From Schizochytrium sp. TIO01 (taxonomy: Eukaryota > Protista > Bigyra: Labyrinthulomycetes), in the NCBI GenBank assembly GCA_004764695.1, contig SMSO01000019.1, positions 10,223-74,222 on the forward strand: a stretch of DNA of 64,000 nt, written 5' to 3'. Shown here one piece after another: positions 1 to 11,335 of the stretch. The position numbers were made by a program, and so were the translations under genes. The stretch's first letter is position 1, and each line of letters starts with the position of its first letter. The notes under the pieces were generated by a model that saw nothing but the letters and a program-made list of their open reading frames with translations, did no database searches and was not told the origin of the DNA.

Positions 1-519
1 AACTATTTCAATTGCAAAGCGAACATATGTTCTTTAAGTGAACGCACTCATGCAAAAATTTAGGCTGTATAAAAAAAGAAAAAAATCTGCTTCAGCACAA
101 ACTGAGTGAGACAAGCCTGAAGATCTATGTTGTAAAGAACGAACTCTCTTGTATTACTTAGCAATTATAGGATATTTAAGTGTAAACTCTGATCAGACTC
201 AGCTAAAGAATGAAATCCTTGATTGAATTCTCTGCAGCATGTTGCATTGGAGAATGTCAGTCATTTCGAGCCATGATGAAGTCACTACTGGGACGATAGA
301 CCATGGTAAAATGTACCTTGTCGGATAAATGAAAAACGAAGCCCCCTCCAAAAAATCCGAAAGGGGACATTGAAAATAATAGTATTAGGGGAAATATTCA
401 GCTAGTTGTCTTGGCTAGACCTAACCTTACCTGATCCTTCAGCGTGACATTGACCACTCGATATGCCTATATGTGGAACCTCAATAACCTTAATATCATC
501 CTTTTCTCTTTCACATTCC

Positions 520-3300
520 TCGCCATTAATACTCCAGACCGTTATTTCATTCTTTTTATATAAAAAGTAACAACGCAGAAAGTAGCTTTCCTTCGAGTCT
601 CTCTGGCCTCTGCCATGAAGACAAAAGCTTCCTTGCAGGCTTTCTGTTATGGAGTGCTTTGTGTGCCTTTGTTGAAATACAAGCTGATGCCGAGCAACAG
701 TAAAGTTAGTAAACAGCAAATCTGCTCTTTTTTCGACAAAACAAAACATATAACTTTCTCAACAAGTGATGAATTTCTGTTTTAGATTGACACTACTGAG
801 AAGGAAAACTGACACAGTACTACGTCATGACTTCGCAAAACTCAAAGGAACACCTTCATGACAAGACCATGGTGACGTGCCAGTCAACATAGTGATGTGT
901 CTATGTCACGGAAGGAAGGGGACGAAGCAAGCCTCAAAATGAATTTGCAAGACAATCCGACAAGGTTAGTAAAGCTATAGGTCCTCTACCCTCTTATTTG
1001 AGTTGAAGCATGTGCCTTTTGAGCAATCGATTATTTATTCTGTGAATATTACAAATCTTGTGTGCATGATAAAGAAATGCCTCATATTTCTTTCCCAAGC
1101 ACGAAAGTATCCGACATGATTGAGAAATTCCAGACCTGTCTTACATAGGTTAATGTGTATAAGTATTTGCTTTAATCTAGTTTACATTAAGAAAAAATGA
1201 AATTTTACACTGTTTTTTAGTTGTGGTGTTCCTTATTATTGAGTTATGCAGGTCAGAAAAGAACATCCTAAATCGGAACTGGTGTACCTGTTGTTTATTG
1301 TACAGCTTGCAGTTCTGTGCTGGAAGAAAAAGTCACACTTCTTTACTTCAAGATGTTCCTTTGCATGTCCAATTCACACCGATATAGTTTGGCTCTCTCC
1401 TTCAGAAGATTCTTCCTTTCACAGATGCAAGATGTTCTACGTTCATGATTCATTGAAGCAGCTGTGTATTCCTGAGAAACAACAACGAGCTAATTCCCCA
1501 AGCTTGAGACAAGAAAGAAAGTTACTGGGTACTACTATTCCTATTGAGTTAACCACCTAGATAGAATATCTAGTGTTACAAAGTTGACTATAACGAGAAG
1601 TGCGTATAAAAGCAAATGAAGGAACTAGCCAAGCACGGTTGTGCGCATTCTGTTTGGCTGTGTACTCACATGTGTCTCAACTGCTTTGAAACTGACTCGA
1701 ACAGCAACCTTAATGTATGTTTGAAGAAAAACACAATCTTCAGTGGGCGCACAACACTACACCATCACAGAGATCTCGTGGGAGATGCAAACCGCTTAAC
1801 ACTTTCGTTGACACTCTAAGCACATGTTGATTAAATTTGCGTGTTCCCCTCTTGGAGGCATATTGCAAGTTAGCGTGAGGCGATCACCAAGAGATAGCGT
1901 AGGTAGAGAAATGAAGGAAAAGAAAAGTTAGAATTAATATTCAGGAACTGCTGACAAGGCCCATTGTCAAAGTCTATAGGCTTTGGTCTTGTCTTCGGCA
2001 CATTGAGATGATCCGTTCGACACATAACTGTAAAACTTCGATAAGGCATAATTAAGTAGAGTCAATAGTTTCTTTCAACAGATGAATCAGAATGTAGTAA
2101 TTTTAAATTCATCATTGTAGAATATGTCTTTGAACACTGCTAAAGCTTATCATGCGAGATTCTATTAAGTCAAGTAGCCAGATTAAAATATGCAGTTCAT
2201 GGGGCGCAGCAAAATTTATATCATCTGTGCTGAGATTACCAATCAAAGAGTTCTGTGGAGAAGAGTCATTGTCACACTATTAAAAGTCCTCGTAGTCTAG
2301 GACTTGAAAGAATATGACTATCAGATACGAAGGAGTGAGACCAAGGAAATTCATAAGTGAATGTGAAATACACAACCAAAGACTTGTGTTGAACAAACGA
2401 GCTAGCCTAACCCCTTGAGCTCTGAGTTTTAACAGTCTTAGTCTCATACTCAGGGTATGAACTGTCCCACTTGTTCAATATCTTTACGCAGCAGCAGCTA
2501 ATCATTTACTAGGACAGTAAATCCTTGAATGCACAAAACTCTTGAAGTTTTGGTGCTGAGTGTTCATCTCCAAGGTTTGAAATCGCTAACTGTGTACGCC
2601 GAAGCATAAAAAGATGCCTCCATCTTCCTATATAACCTCTGGCTGCTTAGAGATCATTTTTAATAGCCTCCTCCTATAGCGATTATGCATTTACTTTGTA
2701 GCTTCTGTGGTATCCACAATTCTATCATTGTCTCGCAATCTCAGATTGATGGAGTAAACTAATTCCCTTATCACTCTGTGTGTTCTTGCAATGCTCTCTT
2801 CTACAAAATCTTTGAAGAACAACTTAAAGAGGCGATCAGGAAGGCAATGTTTTGCCTTTGGAGGTTCGTTGAGTCAACTTTGTTCTGAGAGTTTAAGATG
2901 TGGAAATTGAATGTTTTCCTTGAGAAGAGTCCATGCTTCGAATAGTAAATCTGGATGCAGGGCATATCAAGATTAAAGAATTTCGAGGATTACATAACTG
3001 ATGGTTTCATTCCAGCTTTCAAAAGTTGTCTGGAGTGCAAAGGCATGCGTTCAGGGTCTAACCTTTACGATTGATTTGTTGTGTAATATTAAATAGTGAC
3101 CAAGATAAAGCGAATCTCTTTATTACCCAGGTTGTCATAGGTCCGGAGAAAGGTTGTGTCTGTAAAATTACTCTTGCTCCTGCCTTTGATGGAGTTCTTT
3201 TGCAAATTGGAAAAGCCCAGCACCTCGCAACCGTAATATCATGGTGTTATATGTTTGATAGGACTGTACAATAAGAAGTTGCGTATTACAGGCCCTCTGA
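520..3300 (-). pseudogene. Degenerate protein-coding remnant, unidentified, copy 1
   Basis: Minus-strand stretches read as protein-like text broken by stops, for example about 2900-2690: LPDRLFKLFFKDFVEESIARTHRVIRELVYSINLRLRDNDRIVDTTEATK*. Homologous to about 37140-39780. No family recognised. Confidence 0.3.
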
Positions 3301-3848
3301 TGCTAGGACTGTGCAGAATTTAAATTACAAGGAGGTGGGGGAAATCGTCAGGTTAAGGGTTTCAGTGCTGTTAGAAGAACTTCATTTTGGCTTTTGATGA
3401 AAACATAAAGAAGTAGTTGCTTTCTAAAATGAGTACTACTGAGGACTGCCAAAGAGATTTAAATAAAAAGAATTTTTGAGTTTATAATATATAGTTTCTG
3501 ATATTTTGCGGTGTTGCTGAATGAACTATCGACGGAACGGAGAGAGTAAAACTAAGAAAAATTTTGTACCCCATAATAAAGTAAATATGTTCCTTGGCCT
3601 GGAAAAATAAAGTTAAGAAAGAATATATATCATGAGTCAAATGTTAACAAACCATTACTCTGGTCTAGTTTATGTTAAATTTATGTTAAGTTTTAGTACT
3701 TCCCCTCACGAAGAACCTTGCATGAATACACATTATAAATTTTGATCCTGTTGGCAGACGTCGGTACTATCTGGAAAAGAGCAATTAATTTCTTGCCTTC
3801 TAGTCAACGGCGCTTAAGCAAAAGCTAATCATTAAAGATTCGATTAGT

Positions 3849-6800
3849 TTATTCCAATTTAAAATTTGCGCCAACAATATCTGGTGTTAGCAAAGGTGAT
3901 AATAAGTCTTTCAGAACGAGTCGAAGATTTCTATCCTGAGTTCTTGCATTCCAGTACTCACGCAGACGTTCTGCGCGGAGCAACTGCCACGCCTCACGAA
4001 CCTGCTCAAATGAATCAGCGAAATGTAGATCTTGCCCAAGTCTTCTTGAACAGGTTCTCACATGAGCATGACAAGCATCTGCATCCTGAGAACTATAGCC
4101 AAGACACCAAGCGCAGAAGTGATGACCACAAGCACGATTAATACACTCTACAGCACAGCAATCCTCGAAATCGTCCACATAAGCGTTACAATTCGGACAA
4201 CATGTGCTCAAGATCTTCTCTTGAATATGAAGTAAATGCCGCTGTGCGTCACTGTTTTGTTCATCTGTACGTAAAACTTGTGCTATGCGCCTTTGAATCT
4301 CTTTCTCCGCCCAAACTGCTGCTTCGTTTTCTGCCTTCATCTTCGCAATCAACAAAAGATGATTCAAAGCTGTTGGTGCAAGACGGGTAATTTCTTGACC
4401 TGATATCCTTCCACTACATTCAGGTTTCATGCATGCCATCGTCCCATCAGCATCTACTATTACGTTAGCAAGTGGCCGTGCCGCCTTTTCTACTGCAAGT
4501 TCGATACAGCCTCTGCAAAGGAAGTCCCCCTCCTCGCAGCTCGTGCCCTCGGAAAGAAGATGCTCCTCCATGCATACTAGACATATCTTGACAGGGATCT
4601 GAGGAGCTCCAAAAGCTTCATGTTGGAGTGCTTGACGCGCGGTTGGACGTTGACCAGGGTCTGTTGCTGTAAGAGCATCGATAAGTTTCTGCATTGCAGC
4701 GGTTCGCTCAGTAGGATACAGCTCCTTTAAGCTTATGCCTACAGAGTACATGTCCATCGCTGTTTCAAACCTATCTACAGGCCCATTCTGCAACTCGGGG
4801 GCAACGTACCGTGGCGTTGCCTGAAGTGACGTGTAAGTTGCAGTGTAGTCTGCATTCTTGATGCCGTCAAAGTCGCCGATCAATGGTGTCCCGTTGCTTG
4901 TGAGAAAAATGTTTTCTGGTTTGATGTCACAATGCACAATGCCGTGGGTATGTAAATCCGCCACACCGATAAGCAGGCCAACAGCAAGTCGATCACGCGC
5001 TGCTTTGCCTTCGTTAGGATGACTCTCAATCCACTTGGCAAGGTCACCTTGCTCGTAAAAAGGCATGACGATACAGCCACGCGGTACTCCATGTGCCAGA
5101 TCAACAAAAGCACCATTGATACGTATCACGTGCTGAGACACCACTTTGCCCAGATTGGCAACTTGTCTGTAGAAGGTTTTGGATTGACTTGAATGTCCAA
5201 GCTGAAACTCTTTGAGAACCATAGTTTTACCATCTCCATCAAACACTTTCTGGACTCTCTTGCCAACTCTGGAAGCAAGGGGCTCGCCGAGAGGCTTGAA
5301 GTCCGCGACTGTGACATTCGTCAACCAAAGGTCAGAACATGCTACTTCAAAGACACCCTCTGCACTTACGTGAAGCCTTTCCAGCCAGGCGCTATCTTGC
5401 AGTAACTCTGGATAATGCTTCTGTGCATGTTGCAGAGTTTCAGCAAGCTTATGACGAAAAGCTTTGCTAAGCTCGATAGGGTTGCCTTCAGAAAGAACGA
5501 GCTTTTGTTTCTTGATACGATTTCGAAAATATTCTTGATCTTTCTCATCCAAGTCCTCTGCTTCGAGTACTTCTCTAGATCTCTTTAAACTCTCTGTCGC
5601 TTTTCTCGAATTGCCAAGTTTTTGGTATAATGCTTCCACATCTGAGACAGAAGGTTCTTTCAAACCCAGTACTGCATAGTCATATAGTTCGAAGAGCTCT
5701 TTTGGTGTGCACTTGCTCGCATCATTCAACGCAGAGCTTTCAGAGTATCCTTCAAATCGAGCAAATGTTGAACTTATCGCGCAAAGTATTTTGGACAAGT
5801 GGGCACGAAGCGTATCTCCTTGTAGCGCTTCAATCTCTTCTTGAAAAGCACGTTCAAGTTCAGACAACTCAGGCTCTAGCTCCGTGGCCTGCTCAGGTGT
5901 CTTCAGTGCAACCAATAATCCATCACCAAGCTCTAGCTCAGTCAGACGCCCGATGACACGTTTTACAGCTTCTTGGCTTCGTTCGCCAATGTCGTTTGCT
6001 CGGGGTTCTCCACTCCTTTTGTACCCTTCCACGAATTTGACAGCCTGAACAGCAAGTTCTTGGCAATATATGAAGTCATTTGTGCTTGTCTCTTCATCGA
6101 CTGGTGCAAGGTTGATCTTTAGATCGTTTACCAAACTTTCGACTCTCAATTTGAATTCTCGCACTGCACTCTCATCACTTTCGCAAAAGTTGCCGCGAAC
6201 CCATGGGTGCACAACCTGCAAAAGTGAATGCAGGTGCCTCCGTTCGGCGTTTCGCTTTTCGATGAGGCTGGGCAAGCCATTTGCAGAGCTTGCACGAATC
6301 TGGTCTTGTAGCGCGTCAAGACACTGTTTGGAGTTCTTGATGTCAGCGAAAACCTGTCGCAACTTCACTTGGCCAAAGTAGCCCTGGATCGCCGGTTGAA
6401 CAAATTCCTCAAGCAAGGCAATCCCAGTCTGCAGCGAGTTTCCTCTGACCCCGCCTTGGTCCGCGCGCAAGTCCGAGACTTTCTTGGCAAGCTGCACCAC
6501 ATCAGCGAAACTCACGCTCGCTCCATCCGGCCGTTCTCTGAGGCGAACAAGAAGACGTAAGCAAACGAATAAAATAATGTTGAAGCAGCAACAAAAGCAG
6601 AAGCAAAAGTTAGGATCCCCTATATTTCAATAACACAATTCGAATAATTACACGATCCCAAACAAAGACTGACCGCACGAACTTACCCAGATCCAGCCGA
6701 ACCACGAGGCTCCGTAGGAAGCCCGGCGCCATCAACGCCATCTTGCTCGTTTTGGGGCCCTGCAGAAGGCTCTCTTTCTGCCACCTCTAGGGAAACACAG

Positions 6801-9800
6801 GACTCGGTAATGTCCTCTCCAGGAGAACACACCTTCTCGAACAATTCTTTAGGGGTCAAAGAACTCCAATCATAGAAACTGCGGCGTTTTGTAAACGAAT
6901 GAACGAAAGAAAGATAATGAAAGAGCTTGTTAGAAAAGCGATGAACGCATCTAGAGACGCCCTCGCAAGTCCACGGAGACATGGAGAGAACAATAGAAGG
7001 CAAGGCTCTGTGCAAGCTGAGGACAGCAGCAGAGGGAACGGAACTTACATGATTCGAACAGAAGGACATGCTTTATGCAGAGACTTTGCGACGGCCTTTG
7101 CGCCCTCATCGCCAATGTTGTTGCTATGAAGACTGTGAGTATAAATGAATAAGTTTGTTTTGTTCATTCGTTGTCAGGAAAGACAGCTCCAGTCAGTTGA
7201 TCCTGTTTTGTTTTCTTTTTCCTCACAATAAAAAGCAACTGCTGCTGCCTATCAAATTATATAGATTTCCTTTTGCACTTCCTTCTTCTCTTTGTAAATA
7301 AGAAAAGACTTCTTTGCCTTTCTAAAGTACACAACTACGTAAACTACGCAGGTGGTGTACCAGCAGTGCTTTCGATTTGATTCCTTTCCCCTACTACAAA
7401 CAAACACCAAGCACTCAAAAGAAAGAAAGAAAAAGCTTGGTCGTGCCTATTACGATAGCTTTCCCTCGTGGATGACTCCACAAACGTACTTTAAAGTTTG
7501 AAGGTTCTTGCATCCCTCGAGTGCCTTTGCGACGGCCTTTGCGCCCTCATCGCCAATCTTGTTCTTCTGAAGACTGTGAGTATAAATGAATAAGTTTGTT
7601 TTGTTCATTCGTTGTCAGGAAAGACAGGTCCAGTCAGTTGATCCTGTTTTGTTTTCTTTTTCCTCACAAGAAAAGGCAATCACCTCTTCTTCTGCTGCTG
7701 CTGCTGCCTATCAAATTATATACATTTCCTTCTTCTCTTTGTAAAAAAGAGAAGACTTCTTTGCCTTTCTAAAGTACACAACTACGTAAACTACGTAGGT
7801 AGTGTACCAGCAGTGCTTTCGTTTTGATTCCTTTTCCCTACTACAAACACCACTAAAAGAAAGAAAGAAAGAAAGAAAGAAAGAGGTTGGTCCTGCCTAT
7901 TACGATAGCTTTCCCTCGTGGATGATTCCACAAACGTACTCTAAAGTTTGAAGGTTCTTGCATCCCTCGAGTGCCTTTGCGACGGCATTTGCGCCCTCCT
8001 CGCCAATCCTGTTGTTCTGAAGACTGTGAGTATAAATGAATAAGTTTGTTTTGTTCATTCGTTGTCAGGAAAGACAGGTCCAGTCAGTTGATCCTGTTTT
8101 GTTTTCTTTTTCCTCACAATAAAAAGCAATCACTTCTTCTTCTGCTGCTGCTGCCTATCAAATTATATACATTTTCTTTTGCACTTCCTTCTTCTCTTTG
8201 TAAATAAGAAAAGACTTCTTTGCCTTTCTAAAGTACCCAACTACGTAAACTACTTAGGTAGTGTACCAGCAGTACTACAAACACCAAGCACTCAAAAGAA
8301 AGAAAGAAAAAGCTTGGTCCTGCCTATTACGATAGCTTTCCCTCGTGGATGATTCCATAAACGTACTCTAAAGTTTGAAGGTTCTTGCATCCCTCGAGTG
8401 CCTTTGCGACGGCCTTTGCGCTCTCCGAGCCAATCTTGTTGCTACGAAGACTGTGAGTATAAATGAATAAGTTTGTTTTGTTCATTCGTTGTCAGGAAAG
8501 ACAGCTCCAGTCAGTTGATCCTGTTTTGTTTTCTTTTTCCTCACAAGAAAAGGCAATCACCTCTTCTTCTGCTGCTGCTGCTGCCTATCAAATTATATAC
8601 ATTTCCTTCTTCTCTTTGTAAAAAAGAGAAGACTTCTTTGCCTTTCTGAAGTACCCAACTACGTAAACTACGTAGGTAGTGTACCAGCAGTGCTTTCGAT
8701 TTGATTCCTTTCCCCTACTACAAACACCAAGCACTCAAAAGAAAGAAAGAAAGAGCTTGGTCGTGCCTTTTACGATAGTTTTTCCTCGTGGATGATTCCA
8801 CAAACGTACTTTAAAGTTTGAAGGTTCTTGCATCCCTCGAGTGCCTTTGCGACGGCCTTTGCGCCCTCATCGCCAATCTTGTTCTGCCAAAGACTGTGAG
8901 TATAAATGAATAAGTTTGTTTTGTTCATTCGTTGTCAGGAAAGACAGGTCCAGTCAGTTGATCCTCTTTTGTTTTATTTTTCCTCATAAAAAGCAATCAC
9001 CTCTTCTTCTTCTGCTGCTGCCTATCAAATTATATAGATTTCCTTCTTCTCTTTGTAAATAAGAAAAGACTTCTTTGCCTTTCTGAAGTACCCAACTACG
9101 TAAACTACGTAGGTAGTGTACCAGCAGTGCTTTCGTTTTGATTCCTTTCCCCTACTACAACCACCAACCGCTAAAAAGAAAGAAAGAAAAAGCTTGGTCG
9201 TGCCTATTACGATAGCTTTCCCTCGTGGATGATTCCACAAACGTACCACAAAGTTTGAAGGTTCTTGCATCCCTCGAGTGCCTTTGCGACGGCCTTTGCG
9301 CCCTCATCGCCAATGTTGTTGCTATGAAGACTGTGAGTATAAATGAATAAGTTTGTTTTGTTCATTCGTTGTCAGGAAAGACAGCTCCAGTCAGTTGATC
9401 TTGTTTTGTTTTATTTTTCCTCACAAGAAAAAGCAATCACCTCTTCTTCTGCTGCTGCTGCCTATCAAATTATATAGATTTCCTTTTGTCCTTTCTTCTT
9501 CTCTTTGTAAAAAAGAAAAGACTTCTTTGCCTTTCTAAAGTACACAACTACGTAAACTACGCAGGTGGTGTACCAGCAGTGCTTTCGATTTGATTCCTTT
9601 CCCCTACTACAAACACCAAGCACTCAAAAGAAAGAAAGAAAAAGCTTGGTCGTGCCTATTGCGATAGCTTTCCCTCGTGGATGATTCCACAAACGTACTT
9701 CAGCTGAGTCAGGTTCTTGCATCCCTCGAGTGCCTTTGCGACGGCCTTTGCGCCCTCATCGCCAATCTTGTTGCTACGAAGACTGTGAGTATAAATGAAT

Positions 9801-11335
9801 AAGTTTGTTTTGTTCATTCGTTGTCAGGAAAGACAGCTCCAGTCAGTTGATCCTGTTTTGTTTTCTTTTTCCTTACAATAAAAAGCAATCACCTCTTCTT
9901 CGGCTGCTGCCTATCAAATTATATAGATTTCCTTTTGCCCTTCCGTCTTCTCTTGTAAAAAAGAAAAGACTTCTTTGCCTTTCTAAAGTACACAACTACG
10001 TAAATTACGTAGGTAGTGTACCAGCAGTGCTTTCGATTTGATTCCTTTCCCCTACTACAAACAAACACCAAGCACTCAAAAGAAAGAAAGAAAAAGCTTG
10101 GTCGTGCCTATTGCGATAGCTTTCCCTCGTGGATGATTCCACAAACGTACTCTAAAGTTTGAAGGTTCTTGCATCCCTCGAGTGCCTTTGCGATGGCCTT
10201 TGCGCCCTCCGAGCCAATGTTGTTGTTCTCAAGACTGTGAGTATAAATGAATAAGTTTGTTTTGTTCATTCGTTGTCAGGAAAGACAGGTCCAGTCAGTT
10301 GATCCTGTTTTGTTCTCTTTTTCCTTACAAGAAAAGGCAATCACTTCTTCTTCTGCTGCTGCTGCCTATCAAATTATATACATTTCCTTTTGCCTTTCCT
10401 TCTTCTCTTTGTAAAAAAGAAAAGACTTCTTTGCCTTTCTGAAGTACCCAACTACGTAAGCTACTTAGGTAGTGTACCAGCAGTGCTTTCGTTTTGATTC
10501 CTTTCCCCTACTACAAACAAACACCAAGCACTCAAAAGAAAGAAAGAAAGAGCTTGGTCGTGCCTTTTACGATAGTTTTCCCTCGTGGATGATTCCACAA
10601 ACGTACTCTAAAGTTTGAAGGTTCTTGCATCCCTCGAGTGCCTTTGCGATGGCCTTTGCGCCCTCCGAGCCAATGTTGTTGTTCTCAAGACTGTGAGTAT
10701 AAATGAATAAGTTTGTTTTGTTCATTCGTTGTCAGGAAAGACAGGTCCAGTCAGTTGATCCTGTTTTGTTTTCTTTTTCCTCACAATAAAAAGCAACTGC
10801 TGCTGCCTATCAAATTATATAGATTTCCTTTTGCACTTCCTTCTTCTCTTTGTAAATAAGAAAAGACTTCTTTGCCTTTCTGAAGTACCCCACTACGTAA
10901 ACTATGTAGGTATTGTACCAGCAGTGCTTTCGTTTTGATTCCTTTTCCCTACTACAAACACCACTAAAAGAAAGTAAGAAAGCAAAAGCTTGCTCCTGCC
11001 TATTACGATAGCTTTCCCTCGTGGATGATTCCACAAACGTACTCTAAAGTTTGAAGGTTCTCGCATCCCTCGAGTGCCTCTGCGACGGCCTTTGCGCCCT
11101 CATCGCCAATCTTGTTATAATAAAGACTGTGTTTGTTTGTTTGTTGGTGAACAAGTGAGAGTAAGTATATGCCATTTCCAACTTCTTCATTAGTGCACAA
11201 AACTATTCTTCTTACTACTACAAGACATCGACGACGCGATGCCTCCTTCTTCTGTCTCCTCCTTTCCCCATCGTGCACTTACTTTATCTCCGTGGTGGCT
11301 TTTGTGATGTCCTCAATACTCTTTGCCGTAGTCAT
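3849..11335 (-). CDS. Gene A copy 1: spliced LRR (10 x 28 aa)-linker-helical region-protein kinase (non-RD)-RING1/Rcat RBR-like protein, about 1257 aa
   Basis: Exons spliced by hand, all GT-AG and phase 2. Exon 1 is 11335-11283 (MTTAKSIEDITKATTEI). The 84-nt LRR exons are 11126-11043, 10690-10607, 10234-10151, 9782-9699, 9330-9247, 8893-8810, 8450-8367, 8023-7940, 7573-7490 and the capping exon 7132-7049. The linker exon is 6878-6687. The last exon, 6537-3849, joins in frame to the 888-aa ORF. Kinase motifs: VLK, HCDIKPENI, DFD, YVAPE, DMYSVG. Cys/His motifs: CLVC..C..CRGC..CMKPEC and CPNC..CCAVEC..CGHHFCAWC..H..C. Confidence 0.85.
7049..11126 (-). repeat. Tandem array of ~430-455-bp intron+LRR-exon units (type A), 10 exons
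   Basis: On the minus strand each unit reads ...ctcacAG|T CTT nnn nnn AAC nnn ATT GGC GAT GAG GGC GCA AAG GCC GTC GCA AAG GCA CTC GAG GGA TGC AAG AAC CTT CAA ACT TTA nn|GTACGT. Introns contain (CTG)n, (CTT)n and (GAAA)n tracts. Confidence 0.95.

Noticed and set aside
520-3300. Transposon, reverse transcriptase or recombinase that might drive LRR diversification
   Set aside because: No RT, integrase, transposase or recombinase motifs were recognisable here or in the other remnants. A profile search of reconstructed frames would be needed to exclude this fully.
6513-6515. GTG start of the 888-aa ORF (and TTG at 43031) as the true start of a stand-alone kinase gene
   Set aside because: These are non-ATG starts in a eukaryote. 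A conserved polypyrimidine-CAG acceptor at 6539-6538 (42998-42997 in copy 2) joins the ORF in frame to upstream exons.
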